DNA of 64,000 nucleotides, from positions 896,001 through 960,000 of the forward strand of contig CBDDFZ010000001.1 in NCBI GenBank assembly GCA_965227515.1. Reading direction: 5' to 3'. The notes beneath the pieces are model-generated. The model had not been told where the DNA came from. It saw only the letters and a program-made list of their open reading frames with translations, and ran no database searches. Origin of the DNA: Alphaproteobacteria bacterium (GTDB lineage Bacteria > Pseudomonadota > Alphaproteobacteria > CALKHQ01). Below, piece after piece: positions 53,210 through 61,701 of this stretch (the stretch's first letter is position 1; each line of letters starts with the position of its first letter). The position numbers were made by a program, and so were the translations under genes.

Positions 53210-53990
53210 GTGCGCGAAAGATCACGTCCGATGCGACCCAACAGGCGGCGGGATGGCCAACCATAGCCGAAAGCAGGGCCTCGATGAATGCCCAAGTCGC
53301 GTCGTCATGGTCCAGATGGTGTGTCATCAGGCCGGTGGGTTCATTCGCGTCCACAACGCCGGTGCGGCGGTCGCGCAAATGGCCGGTCAGTGCGCCGAGT
53401 GCTGCCGCATTCCCCACGAAACCGCGCGTGCCGCGCCAGTCGATGACGTCGACATGGGTGTTGGCCACCGCAAGGCCCGGCACCGGCGTGCGCGGCCCGA
53501 AGGTGGAGAGCCCGGTGAAGCCGAGGGCCGGCAGGCGCTCGACCAGCGCCGGCGCGATGCGGTTCCATGGCGGCACCAGGGCCGGCACGAACCGGTCGCC
53601 GAAAAGGTCCGTCAGCCGCGCCCGGCCGCTGGAGAGGTCGCCAGCCAGGTCGTCGATATCGCGGCTGCCGCCCAGCTCGATCTTCTTGCGCCGCTTGCCG
53701 GGGGCGGCCGGCAGGCTGTTGTCCTGATGCGCAATACCGTGTTGCAGCACCTGCACCAGCGGATGGGCGGCAACCTCTGCGGCGAGCGCGGGCGTGCACG
53801 ACGCCGGAATCACCGCAAGGGCCAGCGGCACGGCAAATGTGTCCGACAGGCCGATCAGCCGGTCGAGGTCCGCCGACGGCGCGGTCGCGTCGTCGTCGCG
53901 CCACCACAGGGTGGCGGTGCGCCCGGCCTCACCCCAGCGGTCGAGCTCGGCGGTCAGGTCGGGCCAGCCGGCTTCCATTTGGGTGCTCAT
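53196..53990 (-). CDS. Polysaccharide deacetylase-family protein
   Basis: 'WWRDDDA', 'LAVIP', 'QHGIAH', 'VPPWNRI', 'THHL.H'. Confidence 0.8.
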   Translation of the reverse strand: MSTQMEAGWPDLTAELDRWGEAGRTATLWWRDDDATAPSADLDRLIGLSDTFAVPLALAVIPASCTPALAAEVAAHPLVQVLQHGIAHQDNSLPAAPGKRRKKIELGGSRDIDDLAGDLSSGRARLTDLFGDRFVPALVPPWNRIAPALVERLPALGFTGLSTFGPRTPVPGLAVANTHVDVIDWRGTRGFVGNAAALGALTGHLRDRRTGVVDANEPTGLMTHHLDHDDATWAFIEALLSAMVGHPAACWVASDVIFRAPGVS

Positions 53991-55129
53991 TTGGACCGGT
54001 GCAGGGTCTCGATGGCCGCCACCGTGCCCCGCGCGCCATCCAGATCGAGGGCGGCGACGGCGGCCGGCGGCAGCGATACGGCCTTGTCGAGCGCGGCGGC
54101 CAGCGCATCGGCGTCGAGGTCGGCCTCGCTTACCACGACGGCGCGACCACGCGCGGCGAGTGCCGAGGCCCGCTCAGGCTGTTCGGTCTCGCCGCTGCCG
54201 GCGAACGGCACCAGCACGGCGCGGGTCTGGGTCACGAGCACATCCATGACCGTATTGTAGCCGGCCTGGGAGATCGATGCCCGCGCGCCGGCGAGACAGG
54301 CGAGGAAATCGGAGCGGTGGCGCGCCACCGTCAGTCCGTTGCCGGCCCGCGCGGACAATCGGGCGAAGTCCTGGTCGGGCAGGTTGTCGCCGGTCAGCAG
54401 CAACCACGGCGCGTCGGCCAGGCTTGACCGCGCCCGCGCGTCCACGGCGGCGTTCAGCAGCGGACCGCCAACCGCACCACCGCCGGCGGAGACCACGACG
54501 CCTTGTCGATGTGGCGCCGGTGCTGGCGGCACTGGAGCGACAAAGCCGGTGTAGCCCACCTTGTGTGCGATGGCGTCCGCCGGCCCGAAGCTCTCCTCCA
54601 GCCGGTGCACCGCCGGGTCGCCATGCACCAGCACGGCATCGAAGAACGCGTCGACGGTTGCCACCGTCTCGGCCTCGCGTTCCGGCTTGCGGCGTTGCAG
54701 GATGTCGCGGATCGAACAGGCCACCATCGGCCGGGGGTGGCGGGCGTGCGCGCGCTCCAGCAGCGGCAGCAGCTCGAAGCGCATTTGCCGGCGGCCGAAC
54801 GGAAACGCCTCGACCACCAGCACGTCGGGGCGTACGTCGTCGAACGCGGCGATCAGCGCGTCGCGGCGCGCGGCCTTGCCGGCATCGTCCAACGGTCGGC
54901 CGTCCTCCATGACCAGGCCGCTGAAGTCGGCGTCGGCACTGCGCAGCGGCGGCAGCTGCACGGTGCGCACGCCGTCGAACGGCATCATGGCCGACGGCAT
55001 GCCGCCACTGACCGCCACCGGCGCATGACCGGCCGCGTTCAGCGCACGCGCGATCAGCGCCACTCGCCGCAGATGACCGACGCCCAGCAGGTGCTGGACA
55101 TAGATCATCACGCGCAAGGGCTGGCTCAT
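53987..55129 (-). CDS. Glycosyltransferase (GT-B, GT28 C-terminal-like)
   Basis: 'YVQHLLGVGHL.R', 'EAFPFGRR', 'VSAGGG', 'SQAGYNT', 'ETEQ'. Confidence 0.85.
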   Translation of the reverse strand: MSQPLRVMIYVQHLLGVGHLRRVALIARALNAAGHAPVAVSGGMPSAMMPFDGVRTVQLPPLRSADADFSGLVMEDGRPLDDAGKAARRDALIAAFDDVRPDVLVVEAFPFGRRQMRFELLPLLERAHARHPRPMVACSIRDILQRRKPEREAETVATVDAFFDAVLVHGDPAVHRLEESFGPADAIAHKVGYTGFVAPVPPAPAPHRQGVVVSAGGGAVGGPLLNAAVDARARSSLADAPWLLLTGDNLPDQDFARLSARAGNGLTVARHRSDFLACLAGARASISQAGYNTVMDVLVTQTRAVLVPFAGSGETEQPERASALAARGRAVVVSEADLDADALAAALDKAVSLPPAAVAALDLDGARGTVAAIETLHRSK

Positions 55130-56586
55130 CGCTCTGCGGTCGTAGTCGGGGCGGTGGTTGTCGGAGCGCTCGCGGGCGGGGGCGGCGGAGGTGACCGGCG
55201 CAAGTGGCGCAGCAGGTCGGTCGGCGGACGGGCGACCGCGCGCAGCAGCGTGCCCGTGTGCTCGTTCAGCATCCGCATGGTCGCCGGCAGCACATGCAGC
55301 ACCATCAGCACCTCGGCCACGGCGGCGGCGATACCGGCGCCGGCGAGGTCCAGCCATTCGATCAGCGGCCAGGCGGCGGCCAGCGACAGGGCATTCACCG
55401 CAACATAGTACGCCGCCATCCGCCGGTTGCGGTTGGTGGCATACATCACCATCGCGCTGGCGAACCAAATGGCGTAGGCGACCATCGCCACCAGCAGGCC
55501 GGAGAACAGGTCGAACCGCACCGCGACCTCGCCGTTCGTCCACAGGTCGACGAACCAGGGCCCCAGCAGCGCCATGCCGATGGTGGCGATGCCGACCGCC
55601 CAGACCGCGATCTGCAAGGCGGCGGCGTGCAGCCGGCGCTCCATGGCGGTGTCCTTCTTGCCATGGGCGATGGAAATCTCGGGCCGGAGCGTGCCGTGGA
55701 AGGCGTTCAGTACGCTGGTGGTCACCCGTGTCAGCATGCGCAGCACGTTGAACACGGTGACGGCGGCCGGGCTCAGCACCACGCCGACCATGATCACCAT
55801 GCCTTGCAGGTTCAGTGCCTGCCCCAGGGTGATGGCGATATATCCCATCGCCGGGCGGGCGGTGGCCCTGAACGTCGCCTTGGTGGCGTGGCGCACGCCT
55901 ATTTTGACCCAGGGCGCGTGGCGGCGCACCAGCAGGCGGATGCTGACCAGGCATGTGGCCTGCGAGCACAGCATGGCGGCGGCAACGGTGACCGGCCCGT
56001 AGCCGAGGCCGGCAATCAGCGCGAGCAGGCCGAAATCTGCCAGCCGGAACAGCGACAGCGCGGTCGCGCCAAGCCCGTAAGCACCGATGCTGACCAGGCC
56101 GGCGTTCATCAGCCCGCTTTGCAGGCCGCACACGACCATCAGCAACTGCATGGTCAGCACCAGGGCCGCGTCGGTGTTGTCCAGCATCGCGAAGTTGAAC
56201 CAGTCGCCCAGCGGCGCCAGCCAGGCCACGGTGGCACCGATGCCGGCCACCGCCAGCGACATCGCGGTGATCAATATCCAGCTCGACTGGAAGGTCTCCA
56301 GCGCGGCATCGCGCTTGCCGCCGGAGACCTGCATGGTCATCGCATTGATGGTGGCGGTGGTGAAGCCCAGGTCCGACAGCACCAGATAGGCCGGCACCGC
56401 GGTCAGGATCAGCCACTCGCCCATCAGGTCCGGGCCCCACAGCACGATCAGCAGGGGCACGGTCGCCAGTTGGATCAGGATGTTGACCGGCTGGGCGACG
56501 GCCTGGCCGCCGAGCCCGCGCAGCAGGCGGCCCTTCACCGTTTGATGGGCAGCGGTCTGTTGGGGCTGGACCGGTTGCTCGGTCAT
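55126..56586 (-). CDS. Polysaccharide flippase (Wzx/MOP-like)
   Basis: 12 or more TM segments, 'WG....GEWLIL....YL.LSDLG'. Confidence 0.75.
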   Translation of the reverse strand: MTEQPVQPQQTAAHQTVKGRLLRGLGGQAVAQPVNILIQLATVPLLIVLWGPDLMGEWLILTAVPAYLVLSDLGFTTATINAMTMQVSGGKRDAALETFQSSWILITAMSLAVAGIGATVAWLAPLGDWFNFAMLDNTDAALVLTMQLLMVVCGLQSGLMNAGLVSIGAYGLGATALSLFRLADFGLLALIAGLGYGPVTVAAAMLCSQATCLVSIRLLVRRHAPWVKIGVRHATKATFRATARPAMGYIAITLGQALNLQGMVIMVGVVLSPAAVTVFNVLRMLTRVTTSVLNAFHGTLRPEISIAHGKKDTAMERRLHAAALQIAVWAVGIATIGMALLGPWFVDLWTNGEVAVRFDLFSGLLVAMVAYAIWFASAMVMYATNRNRRMAAYYVAVNALSLAAAWPLIEWLDLAGAGIAAAVAEVLMVLHVLPATMRMLNEHTGTLLRAVARPPTDLLRHLRRSPPPPPPASAPTTTAPTTTAER

Positions 56587-56614
56587 GGCCGGGCTGGGCA
56601 GGTGGCGGGCGCGC

Positions 56615-57403
56615 TCACCGGCCGGTCTGCAGGAACTTCCGCTCTTCGCCCTGCAGCACCAGGCAGGTCAGCACGCCGGTGGCGTAGGCGCCGGTGTCGA
56701 TGCCGATGCGGTTGACCCGCTCCTGCGGTTCCGGCGCGATGGTGTGGCCGTGCACCACCATGTGGCCCAGGGCGGCCTGGCTGCCCAGGAACTCCTCGCG
56801 GATCCACAGCAGGTCGTTGCGGTGCTGGTCCTCCAGCGCGACGCCGGGGCGGATGCCCGCGTGCACGAACAGATAGTCGCCGTCGCTGTGGAACAGCGGC
56901 AGGTTGAGCAGGAAGTCCTTGTGCGCCTGCGGCAGCTTGGCCCGCATCTGCGCTTGCGCGTCCTCCAGCCTCAGCTTGATGTCGTTGGTGTCGCTGCGCA
57001 TGGCCACGCCATAGCTCAGCATGGTCTCGCCGCCACCGTTGCGCAGCCACATCCCGCCGATGGAGATATCCTCCAGGAAGCTGACCATCGCCTCCTCGTG
57101 GTTGCCCATCAGGTGGACCGCCTCGAACCCCTCCGGCGGCCCCGAGATCAGCCGTTCGATGACGGCCGCCGACTCCAGGCCGCGGTCGACATAGTCGCCC
57201 AGGTAGACGATGACGTTGCGCCCCGCCGCCGGCCAGTCGCTGCCTTCCCGGTCGCTGGCGATGCGGTCCAGCAGCGCGTCGAGCAGGCTGGCGCAGCCAT
57301 GGATATCGCCGATGGCATAGATGCGCGTATCCGGCGCCGTGCGCGGCACGGCCGTCGGATCAGCCGCCGGCAATTTGGCGCCGCCGAACAATTTGCGCAG
57401 CAT
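56615..57403 (-). CDS. Metallophosphoesterase (PPP-type Ser/Thr phosphatase-like)
   Basis: 'GDIHG', 'GDYVDRG', 'GNHE', 'VHAG', 'HGHT', 'IDTGA'. Confidence 0.9.
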   Translation of the reverse strand: MLRKLFGGAKLPAADPTAVPRTAPDTRIYAIGDIHGCASLLDALLDRIASDREGSDWPAAGRNVIVYLGDYVDRGLESAAVIERLISGPPEGFEAVHLMGNHEEAMVSFLEDISIGGMWLRNGGGETMLSYGVAMRSDTNDIKLRLEDAQAQMRAKLPQAHKDFLLNLPLFHSDGDYLFVHAGIRPGVALEDQHRNDLLWIREEFLGSQAALGHMVVHGHTIAPEPQERVNRIGIDTGAYATGVLTCLVLQGEERKFLQTGR

Positions 57404-57521
57404 GTCATCGTCTCCGATCGCCTGTTCGGGGGATGTGGGTGCGGGCGATTTATACATGCTTGGCCGATCGGGTGCTATTGCGTGTGAAGGGGGGCGGGGG
57501 CGAGGGGCGATGTGCCGCCGG

Positions 57522-58796
57522 CTACCGCCCTGCGGCGGCGCGGCGGACCCGCACCGGCGGGCGCGGCGGCTCGGCATCGCGCAACAGCCTGTCGATGTGG
57601 TGCCCCTGGTAGAGGCCGACGCCGAAGCGCGCGCCCAGCTCCAGCGCGCCGGTAGTCTCGCAATGGCAGAAGATCACGCGCGACGGATCGTTGGCGCGGA
57701 TCGACTGCCCGAACCCGGACAAGCCGCCATTCTCGATCTGGTCGACGGCGGTTGCGTCCACCTGCACCTTCACGAAATCGATGCCGAGCCGCGCCCGGTC
57801 GACGAACGCCAGCGACTGATGGCTGATGCCGTCGAGCGAGATGCGGTAGCCGCGCGCCGTTGCCAGGTCGCGGGCGAAGTAGAACCGCGCCAGGTCGGCG
57901 AACGCGTCCACCACCTGGAACTCCAGCATCACGGTGCCGCGCGCGGCTCCGGGCAGCGCCTCGTCGAACTCCAGGAACGCCGGGGTCAGCACGGTGGCAA
58001 TATTCAGGTTCAGGCTCAAATACGACTGGCCGCGGATGTCGCCGGTGTTGGCGACCGCGCGCAGCATGCGCTGGTCCAGCGTCTCGGTGAAATGGCGGAA
58101 CAGCCACGGATTGGCGCGCAGATCGCGGCCCGGCACCAGGGTCCGCTGCAAGTCGGGCACCGAGAAGAAGCGCTCCCACAACACAGGGTTCGGCGCGCCA
58201 TTGGGGGTGACGGCGCAGATCGGCTGGCGGCGCAGCAGGCCCGACAGGTCGGACCGCGCGATCATGCTCTCGCACTTCGCCAGCATCTCGGGCTCCAGCG
58301 GCGCCATGGGGGCTGGCGTTTCGGATGGCGCCTCGGCCTCGGCCATGGCGGCGCGGCGCGCGATCGCCTCCGCATTGCGCAGTGCCTCGGCATGGGCGCG
58401 GAATGCTTCGTAGTCGGTCTCAAGGTCGAACCAGGTCGCGAATTCCCGCCCGCGGGCGTCGATCTGCGCTACCGGGTCGTCCGGGAACATATGCCGGAGC
58501 TTGATGACCCCGTGGTCGATGTCGCGGACCTGCGCGTCCCTGGCGATGAACACGATATCGCCCTCGGCGAGCTGGTAGGTCTGGCCCTCGAAGACGCGGA
58601 CGTGGTCGGCGAAGGTCTGGGTCGCGGCGCGCAGATATTGCGGGCGGCGGTGCTCCGGCGCCAGGCGGGAGAGATGGATGTGCACCGCCATGCGGCGCTC
58701 GCGGTGACGCGCCAGGCGCACGACCGCGTCATACAGCTGGGCGGCGGGGTTGCCGTCTGACGACGGCGGCGCGTGGATGGCTTCGGCGAGCGACAT
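57522..58796 (-). CDS. Degenerate EAL-domain protein
   Basis: 'RRQPI', 'SLNLN', 'GY.ISLDG', 'DFVK', 'YQG' pattern; canonical EAL and DDFG motifs absent. Confidence 0.7.
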   Translation of the reverse strand: MSLAEAIHAPPSSDGNPAAQLYDAVVRLARHRERRMAVHIHLSRLAPEHRRPQYLRAATQTFADHVRVFEGQTYQLAEGDIVFIARDAQVRDIDHGVIKLRHMFPDDPVAQIDARGREFATWFDLETDYEAFRAHAEALRNAEAIARRAAMAEAEAPSETPAPMAPLEPEMLAKCESMIARSDLSGLLRRQPICAVTPNGAPNPVLWERFFSVPDLQRTLVPGRDLRANPWLFRHFTETLDQRMLRAVANTGDIRGQSYLSLNLNIATVLTPAFLEFDEALPGAARGTVMLEFQVVDAFADLARFYFARDLATARGYRISLDGISHQSLAFVDRARLGIDFVKVQVDATAVDQIENGGLSGFGQSIRANDPSRVIFCHCETTGALELGARFGVGLYQGHHIDRLLRDAEPPRPPVRVRRAAAGR

Positions 58797-58946
58797 GGCC
58801 CGGCCACCATGGCCGACAGAGTTTGTCGAATGGTGAATTCGCCACAAATGCCCGCAACACGAAAACGGCGGCCCGTGGTCGATGTCTCCGACCACGGACC
58901 GCCGATGGTTGGACCCTGTTTCGGTCAGGGCGGGATGCTGGTGGGA

Positions 58947-59093
58947 TCAGTCAGCCCACGCGGTGCAATAGGTCGGCCGATAGCCGGGCGACCCTTGCGA
59001 ATAGTCGGTGTACCAACTGATGCAGTTGTCGTCGTTGAAGCAGGCCGCCAGCAGCGGCGCGAGAAGTGCAATCGCCAAGATAGCCTTTAACAT
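58947..59093 (-). CDS. Small lipoprotein, 48 aa (not in the ORF track)
   Basis: Translated by hand: MLKAILAIALLAPLLAAC-FNDDNCISWYTDYSQGSPGYRPTYCTAWAD; LAAC lipobox; GGGAGGGG RBS 7 nt upstream. Confidence 0.75.
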   Translation of the reverse strand: MLKAILAIALLAPLLAACFNDDNCISWYTDYSQGSPGYRPTYCTAWAD

Positions 59094-59441
59094 TTCGGTT
59101 CCCCTCCCGAATGTCGACATGACAGGCAGCCCAACGTGGCCGGCGTTGCGAACGTTCGCGGTCCGCGTATGGCCAAGTCGGGACAGGCAGGTACTAGGCG
59201 AGGTTGTTCATCGGAACGCTCAGCCTCCGCGCTTGTGGTTCTTGTGTGTGATCATTGCTTCGACGGTGCCGCGCCTCGTGGATGGCAGGATTTTCGGACG
59301 CGACAGTTGGGCAGATGGTGCGCCACCTGGGCGATGGCGTGGCCATTGTGGGACCATTTCGCGCCGGCGGAGGTGCTGGCGTGGCGCGATCGGGGCCGCA
59401 ACCGGCGCCAGGTTGGCGCGTGCGGCGTGGCCGAAGCACGA

Positions 59442-59470
59442 TTGACACCCAGTCATGACTGGCTTACTCT
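59442..59470 (+). promoter_or_regulatory. Putative sigma70 promoter with palindromic operator in the spacer
   Basis: TTGACA-N17-TACTCT; perfect palindrome CCAGTCATGACTGG at 59449-59462. Confidence 0.5.
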
Positions 59471-59546
59471 TTCAGTGTGTTGCTGAGTTTTTAGTATGAA
59501 TGTTTGTCTTCAAATTTCTTCGAAACTCAAATTTGGATGTATAGAG

Positions 59547-60230
59547 ATGGCGATTAATATAACGAAATTTCATTTCGACTCAGATATAATACTGGTTCGC
59601 TTCAAGAAGCGCCCCTGTACGAACTATGATTTTGGAGATCTATTTTTCTTCAAAGAGCCTTACGAGTTCCACTACGAATTCGACGGAGATCCGAAGAACG
59701 TCAAGAGATTCGTTATCCCCCCGTTCCTCGGCATGGAGAAGCCGGATTTCGATTCCGGGTTGCTCGAATGCAAGAGCACGGAGTCCGAGATCCATACGGA
59801 TTTCTCCAGCGTACCCTGGGTTTTTCGGTGGTTGATCTCGCGCACGGGCGCATATACCGAGGCCTCGATCGCGCACGATTACCTGTACATGCTGCGCCAT
59901 GAGTATGTGCAGAAGCGCACCCGTGAGTTCATCGCCGCCCACAACAATCGATATCAAGGCTATTGCAGCGAGGAAGTCGGACGCGAAGAAGCCGACCAGG
60001 CATTCTTCAGGGGCCTTATCGACTCCGAGGTGCACGATGTTCGCTATCGGCTGATCAAACTCGCGATCAAACTGGGTGGTCAACGGGTGTATGGCGACAA
60101 GACGCTCAAGAGGAACGAGAACGAAGACGTGCTTGCCCGCAAGCGCCGGATCGGTCGCTATGCATTTACCGGTGTCTTGTTGTCGGGCGTCGTTACACCG
60201 ATTGCGTGGGTCGTGACTGCTCTGGCATAG
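59547..60230 (+). CDS. DUF1353-like protein, copy 2
   Basis: 'TDFSSVPW...EASIAHDYLY...REEAD..F'; C-terminal TM; lower GC; start aligned to copy 1. Confidence 0.7.
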   Translation: MAINITKFHFDSDIILVRFKKRPCTNYDFGDLFFFKEPYEFHYEFDGDPKNVKRFVIPPFLGMEKPDFDSGLLECKSTESEIHTDFSSVPWVFRWLISRTGAYTEASIAHDYLYMLRHEYVQKRTREFIAAHNNRYQGYCSEEVGREEADQAFFRGLIDSEVHDVRYRLIKLAIKLGGQRVYGDKTLKRNENEDVLARKRRIGRYAFTGVLLSGVVTPIAWVVTALA

Positions 60231-60243
60231 CCCAGGCTCGCGC

Positions 60244-61701
60244 CTACCGCTCGGTGAACGCGGACTCCGCGGTGCGGGTCACCCGGTCGGTCAGGTAGGC
60301 CAGGATGGTGCGGGTGCCGATTTGCAGGTCGACCATGGTCGCCATGCCGGGCAGCACCGGGAACTGGCCCTCTTCCTCGCCCAGATAGGTGCGGTCGGTC
60401 CGCACCCAGACCTTGAAGTAGGTCATGCCGGTGTTCTGGTCGACGGTGGCGTCGGGCGCGATCTCCTCCACCACGCCCATCAGCGAGCCGTAGGTGATGA
60501 AGTCGTAGGTCAGCACCTTCACCTCGGCCTCCATGCCGAGCTCGATGAAGCCGATGTCCTCGTTGGCGACCGACGCCTCCACGATCAGGGTGTCGCCGAT
60601 CGGCACGATGTTGAGCAGCGGCTCGTTGGCGACGATCGACTGGCCGACATTGTTGACCACCAGGTTCTGCACGATGCCGGCCTCGGGCGCGGTGATCGAC
60701 AGGCCCGCCTGCTCGGTCTCGCTAAGCTGCAACTGGCTCGACACCGCGTCGAGGCGGTTGCGGGCGTCGGCGAGTTCGGCCAGCAGCTCGGCGCGCCATT
60801 GCTCGTCGACCGCGGCGCGCTGGGTCCTCGCCTCGTTCAGGCTGGAGCGCGCCGCCGCCAGGTCGGACTCCGCCGCAACGATGCCGGACCTGAGCTCGAC
60901 CAGGAACGCCAGTGCTGAGTCGTAGTCCTGCTGCGAGTAATTACCCGAGGCCAGAAGCTCGGCGTAACGGGCGACCTGCCGCTCGCGGATGGTCAGGGTC
61001 TCGCGCATGCCGCTCAGGCTGGCCTCTAGGGAGGCGATGGCTTCCTGGCGTTGCGCGATGGTGGCGTCGGCGACGGCGCGGGCCGAGTTCAGCGACGACT
61101 GCCGCGCCTCCAGCAGGTCGAGCTGGTTGGCGGCCAGATTAGGCGCCTCGTCCAGCACCGCGTTGGGGAACAGCGGCTCGGCCTCGGTGGCCTCCGCCTC
61201 CAGCCGCGCGACCTCGCTCAACAGGGTCAGCCACTGGTTGCGCAGCCCGGTGCGCTCGACATCGACGAACTCGGCGCTCAGCACAAGCAACACGTCGCCG
61301 GCCTGCACCAGATCGCCCTCCTCGACCATGATCTCGGCCACCGTCCCGCCAAACGGGTGGTTCACCACTTTCACCCGGCCGGCGGGGCGGACCTGGCCGT
61401 TGGCGGTGGCGACCTGGTTGACCTCGGCCATCGAGGCCCAGACGACGAAGACGCCGAACAGGACCGCGACGGTGATGATCACCCAGCGCGCATAGGGCGA
61501 ATGGCGGCGGTCGGCCACCGCTTCCACATCAGGCAGGAACTCGGCGAACCGGGACGGTATGCCCTTGCGCTGGCCCTGCGCCGGCGGCGCGTTGCGTTTG
61601 GCCGGCAGCTTGCCGCCGGGCTTGCGCGCCGGGGGCTTGCCCTGGGCTGGGCCGGGAGTTGCGCCGGGGGTGGCGCCTGCGGCTGCGTCCTGCGCGCTCA
61701 T
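60244..61701 (-). CDS. HlyD-family type I secretion periplasmic adaptor
   Basis: 'FLP', TM segment, 'GG.V..I.VEEGD.V..GDVL', 'APEAGIV', 'DIGFI..G', 'PGM', 'G.RTIL.YL'. Confidence 0.92.
   Translation of the reverse strand: MSAQDAAAGATPGATPGPAQGKPPARKPGGKLPAKRNAPPAQGQRKGIPSRFAEFLPDVEAVADRRHSPYARWVIITVAVLFGVFVVWASMAEVNQVATANGQVRPAGRVKVVNHPFGGTVAEIMVEEGDLVQAGDVLLVLSAEFVDVERTGLRNQWLTLLSEVARLEAEATEAEPLFPNAVLDEAPNLAANQLDLLEARQSSLNSARAVADATIAQRQEAIASLEASLSGMRETLTIRERQVARYAELLASGNYSQQDYDSALAFLVELRSGIVAAESDLAAARSSLNEARTQRAAVDEQWRAELLAELADARNRLDAVSSQLQLSETEQAGLSITAPEAGIVQNLVVNNVGQSIVANEPLLNIVPIGDTLIVEASVANEDIGFIELGMEAEVKVLTYDFITYGSLMGVVEEIAPDATVDQNTGMTYFKVWVRTDRTYLGEEEGQFPVLPGMATMVDLQIGTRTILAYLTDRVTRTAESAFTER

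Noticed and set aside
59008-59486. Several 67-145 aa ORFs in the intergenic gap
   Set aside because: No motifs, RBS or coding-like composition; only the 48-aa lipoprotein is supported
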